Source of the DNA: Lama glama
Taxonomy: Eukaryota
Direction of reading: 5' to 3'
DNA: 64,000 nucleotides
Assembly: GCA_028534125.1 (NCBI GenBank)
Contig: CM052816.1
Span: 84,260,001-84,324,000, forward strand
In this document: in pieces, positions 14,561 to 27,232 of the stretch
How positions within the stretch are numbered: position 1 is the stretch's first letter
Layout: every line of letters starts with the position of its first letter
Translations under genes and position numbers: made by a program
The notes under the pieces: model-generated
The model's database searches: none
Told to the model about the DNA's origin: nothing
The model's input: the letters and a program-made list of their open reading frames with translations, nothing else

Positions 14561-15424
14561 TCATCTTAGAGACAAGGTAGATTTGTGATTCCAAACGTCA
14601 TCAAATTCATGGAATAATATAGTTAAAATACACATATACTTATCAGTATCTCCTTTAAATTAAAAAGTAGGGGAATCATTTGAAAATATAAGTATTCAGA
14701 GGATATATATCTAAGTTTCTGGTGCTTCTATTCTTTAAGCATGGCTAGCAAGCCCCAGGCAGGATACAGAAAGGACATATGCTTGAAAAACAAACACATT
14801 TTCCACATAGCTTTTTAAAACTAAATTTAAACTTTTAACTTGGCAAAATATTCCAATTTTCTTTATTACCTCCACCTTAAGTTCCGGACTAAAATCAGTT
14901 TAGGTAAGCTAAGAAGGAGGAAGGGAATATTGAATAAGAGGTAATAACATTGTCATGTTACACTATCACATATTAAACTACTGCTATAGTTAATTTTTTT
15001 AATTAAAACATTTTAAAGTAGAAATACATTTTAAATTATAATTAAATATTTGAATGAGATAATTACTGTAATAAAAAAATGAAACACAAGATATACCAGT
15101 GGAGATATATATACATATAATACCAACAAGTATTGATATATAATATAGATATATTAGTGAGAGGATAAATGCCTATTTATTATCTGAAAAGCACTGGAAA
15201 ATATATAACATAATAGTAAAGTAATTTACAGTTTTTTTAACATACAAATTAATTTTAATTTGGTCTATACATTAAAAGAATAAAGACCTATAATTCTACA
15301 AGTATTCAATATAAAGGAAAATGTGAGTAAAATAAAATTAATTTTGTTTTTTAAATATCAGCTTTTCAAACACTCATGAAATGGACTCTTTTTCAAAATC
15401 TGTTGCCAAGTAAATAACATAGAA

Positions 15425-15530
15425 ATTATATATATATCCACACATATATGTATACATGTATAGTTTATGTGTATATATGTGTATATATATATATATATGA
15501 TTTCTATTATATGTGTAATATACATATGTA
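15425..15530. repeat. (TA)n/(TATG)n simple repeat
   Basis: Read directly from the sequence. Confidence 0.85.
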
Positions 15531-18089
15531 TTCAAGTTTTGTGAATTTATACCAATGATAGGTAGAATGATATTGTTTGCATTTCTACAACTATGTCAAT
15601 GATCACACCAGGTACAACATGGTTGATTTTGGGAGAAGTTTTGAGGACTTAAATTTCTGGAATAGAAATAAAATAACATCATTTAGAACATGAGGAAATA
15701 TTATGTCATTAAATAATAGAAATTACGTGTTCAAAAAGCCCTACAAATAAATCTTAAAAATCAAATTATATTTCTCCAATATATTATTTATTTGGGGGGA
15801 AAAAGAAAATAATTTTTTAAAAGTTATTATTACCTATTATTAGTTATCATTTAGTGTTATTTCACTAGTGTTTCATGATTTAGTGTTATTATGTTATTTG
15901 TCATAATATTATAAATTAGTTTTGTTAATTGAAATTAATATTTCTAACCACATTTTTATAATTTTACTGCTCTATATAAATATCAATAATTTAGACAGAG
16001 TTAGGTATAGGTATAGGTAAAGGTATAGAAAGATAATCAGCATTTATAATTTGGATGTTATGTGTAATTCACAGATATTAGAAGAGCCATTGATTTAGTT
16101 TATATTAATTCAAGAATTTAGTTTAGTGTAAACAGGCAAAAGTTTAATAAATCTAGAAATTATAATTCAAGTAAATATCCCTAATCTGCTGAACCAAAGG
16201 CATAAAACAAATAAATAAAAATGATAGCAGCTATTCAATATTCTGTACCTTTTAATAAATTGTTCATAAGAGGAAAGAAAAAATGATATAAAATATTTTT
16301 TAATGTAATAAAAATGATTTCAAGGAACACATTACTATTCTATAGTAAAAATAGAATGTATAAGCTTGTCAAAATCATAGTTACTATATAACAAATTTAT
16401 TATACATCAGTTATCTAAGATCAATATTTTAAATAATTTCATCTAAATTATTCTATAGCAATGAAATATGAACTTAAGAATCAAGAAAAATATAAAAATA
16501 TGATTATAAAAGTAAATTACTTATAACTTCTCAATCGCTATCCACAGAAAACATAAATTTAATTATCTAACAAATAATTCGGTACAGGCCAATATATGCC
16601 AATGTCTTCACCAAAATTTTTTGTGACCTACTAAAATATTTTTTAGGATCTTCTAAATATTACTATTTTGGGAAAATGAAAAGATGGGAATAAAACAAAC
16701 CCAAAATTATTACTAAGAAAGATCCAATTAAAAAAAATTTCTTCATTGATGCTATACCATAATGTGAGGCAGAAAAGATAGAACCAAAGTAAAAACTGAA
16801 TGCTTAATATTTACTGAAATCCAATCACTCAGAATACATCTAAATAATGAAATACGTTTAACTAATCTTACTGGCTGCAATCAAAATGAAAACTAATGCA
16901 GAAAATAATTTTATGATTTTTTAAATGACTAATTTAACATCATGAAACTTTTGCCACAAAACCTAAGATATTGGTGCTTTAAAGAACCTCAGTATTTTTT
17001 AAATGAAATTCTGTGTATAAAAATGAAAACTGATCTTCATTAAAATCCTATCCACCAAGGCCCTAGAAGTTCCTGGGAACTCATTTGGCTGCTGAAAATT
17101 TCAATTCCCAAGATCATCCAAGCAAAGCAGATGCCAGATGCTTCCACGGCAACAGGACCGAATGCCCTATGTGGTTAGATATAAAATGTGATATTTAGTG
17201 ATGAAAAGTTATTTTTCCTTTCTTTTTCTATGAGAAAAAGGGCCAAAAATCGTCATAGAAACAGGGTATGATTTCACTATTTGCATTATCCAAATAAAGT
17301 CAGTGCCAAACTTCTAAGATCACACAGTTTAAAGAATAGAGCCTGTCTGTTTTAAAGCAAATTCTCACATTATCATACACTTTAGTTTGGTACATGGTGG
17401 AAAGCAAATTATTTTTAAAATTTAATTTAGAAATAATTCACAGGAATTTACAAGTAGAAGAGACCTTAGAGAATACATAGGTCAAATCACACATTACATG
17501 GATGAGAATATAGTCAGTAAAATTACTCAAGTGAATTCTGAAAGTGGCAAGATTAATCATTACTGTGTCTTTCATTGGTAAAGACAATTATGTAGTTATT
17601 GTAGATCTTTTGGATATACAAAAATTGTATCTTACTACATTTTAAAAGTATTTTCAAACTAAGCATTATGTCCTTCCTTCATGGACATAGGATATTAAAT
17701 GACAATTTAATTTATATATTACTTATATGCATGAAGGTATAATATTATGAATACATAAAACTGTTTTAAAGACAAGCTTCAGTATGTTACACTGGTCAGA
17801 TATGATACTTTTAATACATTGTATTCACACCCTCTACCTAGCTTGTTCTGGATATGTTAAACAACATAACTTTATAATGTTTATCCATGATCTAGACCAT
17901 TATTAATACATATGCATCTATATGAAACAGCAGTTATAGGCAAATAAACAATTTGTGTGTATCTTAAAGACATATAAGTAGAAACAGTGAAAAACATACT
18001 TTTTCAAATATAAATAGATCATTAAAAGAAGGATGAAAAATTATGCACAAAATTTTGTATTAGAACAAGAAAGAACAGCCAAGTCAGAT

Positions 18090-18345
18090 AATACCATTTC
18101 CAAAAAACTTTCCATGGAACTCAGTTCAGAAAGCTGTTTACAGTAGATGAGCAAAACACAATATTTCAAGATCAATAGTTATCCTTATTTCCAACACAAA
18201 ACCCATATGGATCATTGTGCACATTAGGTTTTTAATGGTTCTGATGAGCCCTACAGTAACAAAGCTGCTTGACTTTGTGTAATGTAGATTTTCCTTTTAT
18301 TGGCTTGCCTAATTACTAACATCCTTAAGAACTGTATTCTGTGGA
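18090..18345. mobile_element. Ancient hAT-type MITE fragment, truncated at the L1 5' end
   Basis: tttccatggaac...ggttctgatgagccctacagtaacaaagctgcttgactttgtg...ttctgtgga resembles Charlie-type MER elements. Confidence 0.4.
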
Positions 18346-20758
18346 GGAATGTGGTCAAGATAGTGAAGGAATACCCTGAGCTCAGCTTCTCCTTCAGGCA
18401 CACCAAAATTACACCTATTTACAAACAAACAAACAACTATCTATGAGAATGACCTGAAGACTAGTAGAAAAGATTTTCCATAACTAGAGATATAAAGAAG
18501 GAACCACAATGGGGAGGGGGAGGTGAAGGTGTGGTATAGTCAAAACCGACATCCATGGGAAGGTGATCCACACCCCCAGGTAGACAACCCACGGGACAAC
18601 AACCCAGGAGGATAACAAATACTGCAGAGGTTCTCTCAAAGGAGTGAGCAGTCTCAGCCCTATATTAGGCTCTCCAGCATGGCCTGGGGATCCTGCACCA
18701 AGAAGATGAGCCCAAGAGCATCTGGCTTTCAAGGCCAGCAGGGCTGATGCAGAGGAGCAGGATGGCTGTAGGAAACAGAGACTCCACTCTTAAAGGGCTC
18801 CAGCTAAATCTCACTTGCTCCAAATCCTGTTGCAGAAGTGGTTATTTGAAAAGAGCCTGGGTCACTCCTACTTGTTGATCTTGGAGAGCCCCTGGAGAGG
18901 CAGGAGGAAACTGGGACTGCCCCTGGGGAAACAGACTTTGGCAGTGGCCATTCTGGGAGACTTGTTCTACCATGAGGATACTGGTTCTGGCAAATGCCAT
19001 TTTGGAGTTCTCCCTCTCCCCTGTTAGTGCGGGTGCTTAACCATCCACCAGCTGAAAGTATTTTCTCTAAGATCAGGATGCCCGCTCTCACTACTTTTAT
19101 TCAACACAGTATGGGAAGTCCCAGCCATAGCAATCAGACAAATAGTAAGTATAAGTAAGTAAGTAAATAAATGGCATTGAAATTGGAAATGAAGAACTAC
19201 ACCTGTTTCCAGATTACATGATACTACATACAGGGAATCCCAAAGACGACATCAAAAACTATTAGAACTCATCATGAATTCAGTAAAGTTGCAGAATAGA
19301 AAATCAATATACAAAAAAACTATTGCATTTCTATATACTAACAGCAAAGTACCAGAAGAGAAATTACAAAAACAATCCCACTTACAACTGCATCAAAAGA
19401 AGTTAGAATATCTAAGAATACATCTAATTAAGGAGGTAAAAGACTTGTACTGGGAAAATGGTAAGACACATATGAAAGAAATTGTGGTAACACAAACAAA
19501 TGGAAAGATATACCACACCCATAGATTGAAAGAATTAATACTTTTAATATGGTCATACTCCCCAAAGCAATCTACAAATTCCATGCAATCTGTATCAAAA
19601 CACCAAAGCCATTTTTTTCACAGAACTAGAACATATAATTCTAAAACTTGCGTGCAAACATTAAGATTCTGAGTAGCCATAATAATCTGGAGAAAGAGGA
19701 ACAAAACTAGAGTTACCACACTCCCTGATTTCAAATTGTACTACAAAGTTACAGTTCAAAAAATAGTATAGTACAGGCACAAAAACAAGACACCAAGATC
19801 AACAGAACAAAATAGAGAACCCAGAAATAAACTCACACTTCTATGGTCAATTTATCTATTGACAGAAGAAAGCAAGAATACACAACGGAGAAAAGACAGC
19901 CTCTTAAATACATGGTTTTGGGAAAACTGGACAGCTACCTGCGAAAGAATCATACTGGACTACTTTTTTACACCATATACAAAAACAAACTCAAAATGGA
20001 TTAAAGACTTAAATGTAAGAACTGAAAACATAAACATTTTAGAAGAAAACAGGCATTGTGCTCTTTGACACTGGTCTCAGCAATTTTTTTTGGATATGTC
20101 TCTCAGGCAAGGGAAAGAAAAGCAAAAAATAAACAAATGGGATTGTATCAACCAAAAAGCTTTCCTCAGTGAAGGAAACTATTAACAAAATGGAAAAACA
20201 GGTTACTGAATAGAAGCTATCTGCAAATGACAAATCTGACAAGGGGTTAATATCCTACATATACAAAGAATTCATACAACTCAATGTCAAAAAAGCAAAA
20301 AAAAAAAAAAACTAGATTAAAAAATGAGCAGAGGACCCAAATAGACATTTTTCCACATGACATACAGATGACCATCAGGTACATGAAAAGATGTTCAACT
20401 TCAGTAATCATCTGGGCAATGCTAATGCAAACAACACTGAGGTATCACCTCACACATATCAGAATGGCTGTTACCAAAAAGACAAGAAATTACAAGTGTT
20501 GGTGAGGATGTGGAGAAAAGGGAACCCTCATGCACAGCTAGCGGGAATGTAAATTGATACAGCCACTATAGACGTTAGGGAGTCCTTAAAAAACTAAAAC
20601 TAGAACTACCATATTATACAGCAATTCAACTTCTAGGTGTTTTTCTAAAAGAAAAAAACTACTAGTTTGAAAAAAAATATATGCATCCCTATATTTATTG
20701 TAGCATTATTTACAACAGCAAAGATATGGAAGCAAACAAGTGTCCATTAACAGATGAG
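18344..20758 (+). mobile_element. L1 LINE: 5' UTR joined directly to the RT/C-terminal part of ORF2; 3' end missing; ORF2 disrupted
   Basis: 5' UTR start (caagatagtg, ccctgagctca, caccaaaattac); ORF2 peptides WENWTATCER..TPYTKTNSKWIKDLNV (19859-20068) and KRCSTS..RYHLTHIRMA..KCW (20284-20505). Confidence 0.9.
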
Positions 20759-20759
20759 T

Positions 20760-21040
20760 ACTATTCTCCACTAAATTTCAGCCAGGGCTCTTCAGACTTT
20801 TGACTCCAGAAAGGCATGAAGAAACAAAACGAAGCAAAAAAATCAAGGTGTAAGAAAACAAATGTGCAAAGAATGATGGGGTAGTGTCATAAACACATAG
20901 ATGCCAGCCTGAAGTATGGGACAAATATGGGAAAATTTGTTTATGGATATGAATAATGCTATAACCCATTACATAAAATAGGAAGTCATTATATGTTATC
21001 TATATATCACACTGACTTAGATAGATAAATTGTTGTACAA
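20760..21040 (+). mobile_element. L1MC-type 3' UTR fragment
   Basis: gatggggtagtgtcataaacacatagatgccagcctgaag...tataacccattacataaaat. Confidence 0.55.
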
Positions 21041-21044
21041 AAAG

Positions 21045-22380
21045 AAATTCTATCCTTATCCAAGATGGAGTAATAAGGGTCATATTTATCCTCCAGTCTT
21101 AAATAACTAAAAATCTGGACAAAATATATGAAGTAATAGTTTTCAGACTTTAGACAATAGTCATCAAAGGACATACTATAAGGGGGAAGACTGATTGCCT
21201 TATAACTGAGGCAGTTTGAAGACTGTAACACAGGGAAGCAGAACCCAGGGAGAGTGTGATGGTCTCCCTAAGCCTGCAGGCATTGCTGGAGTCTGGGAAG
21301 CAAAGGCAGAGTGCGTTTGCAAAGCAGAGTAGGAGCTACACAGTAGGACCACTTTGGAGTTAAGCAGTGGGAACTCGTGACTTTTTCCCCTGCTAATTTC
21401 TGATCTTGACATGTGTAGAGGAAACTTCTTGAGACTGGGGCAAAAATCAACATGAATGAATAGACAGAACAATGTCTGTGTATCACATAGAACTAATAGA
21501 CTGTTGTAATACTAACTGGTAAAAAAAGATTCTATAATATATGACATAGCTGCAGAATTCTCAAACGTTTACTGCCATGAGGACAGGATTAGATTAACCC
21601 TTGAATAAAGACTGCTCTGAATCTTAGAGTAAATTTTAAAATCTAACCTTGAAAGGATTCAACTGGTTCCAATTAACTGCCCATAAGAACACAATCAAAT
21701 GCTATTAAGAGAATGTATTCAAAGGTTCACAATAGAAAATCAGTTAATATAATAAATAGTACCAATAGGATAAAAAAGAAAAAAGAAAAACCTACTCATT
21801 CATCTTAGTAGATGCAAAAAGAGCATTTCATAAATTCCAACATCATTTCATGACAACAACACTCAAAAAAGCAAATTATAGAAGGGAATTTCCCCAACCT
21901 GATAAGGAATATCTAAGGAAAACCCACAAGTAACATCATATATTATGGTGAAGACTGTATGCTTTCCTCCTAAGATCAGAAACAAGACAAGCACATCTGC
22001 CCTCAGCACTAGTATTCAACACCATCCTGAAGGCTCTAGCCAGGGCATTTAGGCCAATAAAAGGAATAAAAGACATGAAGATTGGAAATGAAGAAGTAAA
22101 ACTATATGTATTTACAGATGACATCATCTTCTATTCCATTCCATAAAAATTCTAAGGAATCCACCAAAAAAAAAAAACTATTAGAATCAACAAACAATAG
22201 TTCAGTAAGCTTGAAGAATACAAGAACAGCAACACAATATAAAAGCAATTATATTTTATATACTTGCAATGAATGTTCCAAAAGTGAAACTAAGGAAACA
22301 ATTTCATTCAAGGCATATAGGGGAACTCTTTCACTTTCTACTCAATGTTGCAGTGAATCTAAAATTGTTCTAAAATATAG
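21045..22380 (+). mobile_element. Old L1M element: 5' UTR, RT segment and 3' terminus within 1.3 kb
   Basis: ccaagatggagtaa...ctggacaaaatatatgaa (5' end); gatgcaaaaagagcatttcataaattccaacatc and taagatcagaaacaagacaag (ORF2 RT); ggaactctttcactttctactcaatgttgcagtgaatctaaaattgttctaaaa (L1MB-like 3' end). Confidence 0.75.
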
Positions 22381-23064
22381 CCTCCTAAAAACATCATATA
22401 GCAAATAAGCATATAATTATTATCTTGATCAAGAAATCAGGAAAGGAAAATCAACATGTGTTCCACACAATCAACTGTACTGAAGAGACAGTTTTCTCTG
22501 TGATGTTCTAGTTCTAGATTGCACAATTATAATGACTGTTTACATTTACATGGTCATTATATGACTGTACACATGACATTTCATATTATAGAACTCTAAT
22601 AACCATTTGTTATTCACTGCTGGCTGCTGAGTCCCCCTGTAATGGCTCATGGGGACCAAATTTTGAGACATAATACACTTCTGTGAATTTTGTAAAGAAA
22701 TATCTTTGACCCTCTAGTAGTTCACTGTTTCAGATAAATGTCCTGGATGTGAGTTGAAGATCATTAGGAAAAAAGTTAATATTTGGCTATTGCCATGGGA
22801 CTCCCACCCAATTTCATGGCAATTTTGGAGAGTAAAAGGCCTGGCACTTGGAAAGAGAATACATTAGATCCTTGGAGGTGTGGGAGTAGGAAGAATATCA
22901 GTCATCTTTTTTCCCTCTGCAACCTTCCTCATAAAAGGGAAACACCCTTGTGCAACTGTTCAAAACTGTTGCAAACACCATTGTGACCACGATTTGCTTA
23001 GCATCCTCCTTCACTTTACCAAGAAATTTTTGGAAAACAGCAGGAGACAGTTCCAGGTCAGACA

Positions 23065-24592
23065 CCACACTAGTGGCTGCTGTAACTAATTGTCTAAAAC
23101 TTGGTGGCTTCCTAAGGCAGTCTATCCAGGCAATAGAAATATAAGCAAAATTTAAAAAAAATGGGACCTAATTAAACTTACAAGCTTTTGCAAGCAAAGG
23201 AAACCATAAGCAAAACAAAAAGATAACCTACGGAATGGGAGAGAATATTTGCAAAAGATGAGAAGAATACATAAACAGCTAATACAACTTAGTAATAATA
23301 TAAAAAAAACAAATCCAAAAATGGGCAGAAGACCTAAAGAAGCAATTCTCCCATGAAGACATATAAATGGCCAGTAGGCACATGAAAAAATGCTTAATGC
23401 CCGTAATTATCAGGGAAATTAAATCAAAATTACAATGAGGTATCACCTCACACCAGTCAGAATGGCTATCATTAAAAAACTCACAAAAGATAGATGCTGG
23501 AAAAGGTGTGGAGAAAACAGAATGGAGAGTCCTCAAAAAACTAAAAATAGACTTACCATATGATCCAGCAATCCAACTCCTGGGCATATATCCATATGGA
23601 ACTTTAATTCAAAAAGATACATGCACCCCAATGTTCATAGTAGGACTTTTTATAATAGCCAAGACATGGAAGCAACCTAAATGTCCATCAACAGATGACT
23701 GGATAAAGAAGTCATGATATATTTATATAATGGAATACTACTCAGCCATAAAAAGAATAAAATAATGCCATTTGCAGCAACACGGATGGACCTGGAGATC
23801 ATCATTCTAAATGAAGAGAAAGAAAAATATCATATGATATTATTTATATGTGGAAGCTAAGAAAAAGACAGACAGAACTTATTTGCAAAACAGAAACAGA
23901 CTCACAGACATAGAAAACAAACTTATGGTTACTAGGGGGAAGAGGATGGAAAGAGATAAACTGGGAGTTCGAGATTTGCAGATACTAACTACTATATATA
24001 AAATAGACAAACAGCAAGTTTATAGTGTATAGCACAGGGAACTATATTCAATTTCTTGTAATAACATATAACAGAAAAGAATATGAAAACAAATATATGT
24101 ATGTTCATGTATGACTGAAGCATTATGCCGTACACCAGAAATTGACACAACATTGTAAACTGACTATACTTCAGTTTAAAAAAAAAGACATGAATTTACT
24201 ACTTAAAGTTCTAGAGATTAGAAGTCCAAAATCAGATGTCAGCAAGATCAGGGGATCTAAAGGAGAATCCAGTTTCTTGCTTTTCCCAGGTTCTGGATCT
24301 GTATTCCTGACATGTGTTTCTTGGCTCACGGTCACCTCCTCCATCTTCAAAGCCAGCAGCACAGTATTTAGCTTCAGTGGTCACATTGCTGTCTCCTTCC
24401 ATGATAGAACCTCCCCCTTAGCCCTCTCATAATAACTCTTGTAATAGAAATTAGAACAACCTGGAAAACCCAGAATAATTTTTGCATCTGAGGAGCCCTA
24501 CTTTAATCACATCTGCGAAGTCCCTTTTTGTCATATAGGAGAACAGTCACCAATTTTAGGGATAAGGACATGGATGTCCTTTGGGGACCACT
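23065..24592 (-). mobile_element. MLT1 (ERVL-MaLR) LTR split by an L1 at 23109-24186; last few bases apparently displaced to ~25100-25111
   Basis: ggctgctgtaactaattg...aaacttggtggctt resumes at 24187 as aatttact...gttctagagattagaagtccaaaatc...ttaatcacatctgcgaagtccc...ggacatggatgtcctttggggacc. Confidence 0.85.
23109..24186 (+). mobile_element. 5'-truncated, relatively young L1 (camelid-type 3' UTR) with short poly(A)
   Basis: ORF2 C-terminal peptide LPYDPAIQLLGIYP..TCTPMFI..AKTWKQPKCPS (23508-23717); 3' UTR gttcatgtatgactgaagc...tacaccagaaattgacacaacattgtaaactgactatacttc followed by A9. Confidence 0.92.
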
Positions 24593-25097
24593 TGGACCTT
24601 GACAGCGGTCTGACTGGGTCACAGGATTCTGCACCGGAAGCCCACATTGCTGTCCAGGAACCCTGGGCTTTCTGGAAGGCTATAGATTTGTGGCTCACAT
24701 ATGCCCAGTTTACTCCCTTGTTCTGGCCTGGAAGTCCCACTCCTGCCCAGCCTTTGATCCAGAGGCTCCCACCCACCCCCTCTCCCCTCCACACACCTGA
24801 CTGAGCCCCTGTTGACAGGTCTTGGTGCAGTGAGTCTGAGTTGGGGGGAGAGACAAGGCATGAACGAGGACTGGGGTTTTCTTGATAGGTGGTGTGAGGC
24901 AGACTTCTTAGAAGTCTGGAAGAAGGGGACTCACACACCAGGGCATCTCATCCCGGGATCCCCCTGCCTGATCCTGTAGAAATTCTGTGAGATCAGGCTT
25001 CTGGGAAGAATGGATCCAGCAGCTGATCCTCAGGTCTGTTTCACCAGCCTCTTTGGTGCATCACAGACCATCCTCTCAGCCCCTCCATCAGGACTCA
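24593..25097. other. GC-rich insert of unknown origin inside the MLT1 terminus
   Basis: 55-65% GC in three 60-nt lines counted by hand, against a strongly AT-rich background; flanked by the two parts of the MLT1 end. Confidence 0.55.
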
Positions 25098-25549
25098 GAT
25101 TTACTACCACAAAAATAAAGGAGAAAAATTATTCAGACTAACACCATCTACCTAGGATCTCTAAAGATTTATGCGCATCCCACACACAAAACATATTCAA
25201 AATATATCCACCCCTTCCAAATATCCTCTGTTGTCTTGGGAGAAGTTTCCAGGAGGTATATTTCACTTGTTATGAAATTCACCCTCTGAAAAATTTTCCT
25301 TATGATAGAGGTCATCTAATTAGATAAGGCAGTGCAAAATTCATTCCTGACTTTAGCTAAAGTGATGAATGACACTACCTCAACCCAGGAAGGCATTCTG
25401 GTTAGCCTCTGTGCACTGGGGACAACATGATCTAGACAGTCTTGTTTCCACACTGTGGGAAACATACTCTACAGGGTATCAGTTTCCACATGATTTTCTT
25501 CAGGCTTCCAGGCAGATTACTCTTTTTTTTTTCATATTTACTTTGTTAG

Positions 25550-25720
25550 CACACCATACGCCTCTTTATCACATTGATTTGTGTCCACTTATTTTGCTGT
25601 GTGTCTCATTAGACTATGCCCTCTTTAAAATGAGATCTCGTTGTGTTCATCTTTGTATTCCCATTAGCATAGCACAATGTGTTGTAAAATATGCTTTCAG
25701 GAAATCATGTTGAATAAATG
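25550..25720 (+). mobile_element. L2 3' end
   Basis: cattagactatgcc...ttcatctttgtattccc...agcacaatg...tgttgaataaatg. Confidence 0.7.
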
Positions 25721-25789
25721 TCTGTGCGGATATTTTTGTGGCATACTTTAATTGGAGTTTTAACGGCTCATTCAGGGCTTTTACTAAAG

Positions 25790-26040
25790 GGATAGACAAT
25801 CGGGAGTCCACTGAAGACTTTTTGAGGGGGACAGTTATGTAGTTATATGTGCAAATTAGTAAGAATTAATTTGAGAGAGGTTTTTATAGTGCACTGGAGC
25901 AAGATATGCATGAGGCAATTACTTCTGTTAGGAGAGTGTTTCAAAAGTCCAAATGGTAGATGTAGTAGAGTTAATCCTAGATGGCTGAGTCATAACAGAA
26001 AAGAAGTAAGACATCACATGGAAATACGCTATGAAATCTA
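25790..26040 (-). mobile_element. L2 fragment
   Basis: gggagtccactgaagactttttgagggg...gttaggagagtgtttcaaaagtccaa. Confidence 0.45.
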
Positions 26041-27051
26041 GAGGGAAGAGAATCGAAAAATTCAATAACAAGGTGGTGGAAAGAAAGCAAGTGCTTATTT
26101 ATTTTTTAAAAAATAGACCATTGATTTTGTCATTTATATCTTATGACTAAAAGTCAGTATTCACAGCACACAAACAGTAAATTCATGAATTAAAAATGGT
26201 TTCCTGTTTATCTTATGTTCATGGGAAGAGATGTTTGAACCATTGAAGTTTTAAAATATTTTTGTTTGAAGTCTTTCAAATAGAATATGCATTTACAATA
26301 CCTACTGCAAATTTTGTATGTAGCAAAATAATTAACAAGAAAATATTCTGCACTCACAATCAATACCCAAAGTATTAGTGCTATGGAATTTGAAAGAAAT
26401 AACATCACTGCACTCTCTGATATTAAAGTATAAATCTAATTATGATTCATGTAGCAAATGGCCATTTAAACAGTATGTGGATTTTAGCTATGTTCTAATA
26501 ATCTCTTATAAATATAATATTTAACCATTCTTTTTTTCTCACTAAATATGAAATCTCTAAGTTTCATCTTCCAAGAAAAATATTAGAAAGGCTTCTCTTT
26601 TTTTTCTGTTTGTATTACAGTAAATGTTTCTAAAAAGAGTTCATAACTCTCTCCTTGAAACTGGCTTTGGACTATTTGTTACAAACTTTTGGAACTTATA
26701 AATCCATATGTGAGTATGTATGAATGTGTGAATACTTATACAGATAATGCCCCTAATTTTCATTATATTTTAAAACATCTAAAACATGAAAGTTAAGAAT
26801 CATTATATCACAGAAATGGACAAAAATGAATATTAGAGTGTAAAATTTTTTCATCATGTATCTAGTCTATTTTAGTATATGTTCTATTATAAGATACAAA
26901 CTTCACAGAGTGTGCATGCATTCACAAGTTGCAAACAGGAGGGAATACACTACCTATATACAAGGATATTGATTCAAATGAAACCTAAGCTAAAAATTAC
27001 ATCAATACACTGGCAATCTCTTCATGAAGATCTATACACATAAGAAGACTG

Positions 27052-27125
27052 TACATTTTTATGATAGACTTTATTTTTAGAATAGTTTTAGGTTTACAGC
27101 AAAACTAAGCAAAAGATGCAGGGAT
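27052..27125 (-). mobile_element. Short L1MB-like 3' terminal fragment
   Basis: atagactttatttttagaatagttttaggtttacagcaaaactaagc. Confidence 0.7.
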
Positions 27126-27232
27126 CAATTTTTTTTTCACTATTTATTAAAGAAGTGATCTGAGAGAAAGTGGGAATTAAGTAGACATCAAAGCCTAAGT
27201 TAATAACTGCATTAAACGCTGAGAGATTCTAC

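Noticed and set aside
17139..17153. RFX X-box-like gcttccacggcaac
   Set aside because: Only one good half-site and no supporting context
19274..20505. ORFs with reverse-transcriptase-related peptides as a functional gene or novel RT system
   Set aside because: They are frameshifted, stop-broken fragments of L1 ORF2
24531..24938. Three overlapping ORFs in the GC-rich insert as a processed pseudogene
   Set aside because: No recognisable protein and no poly(A); open frames of this length are expected at this GC content
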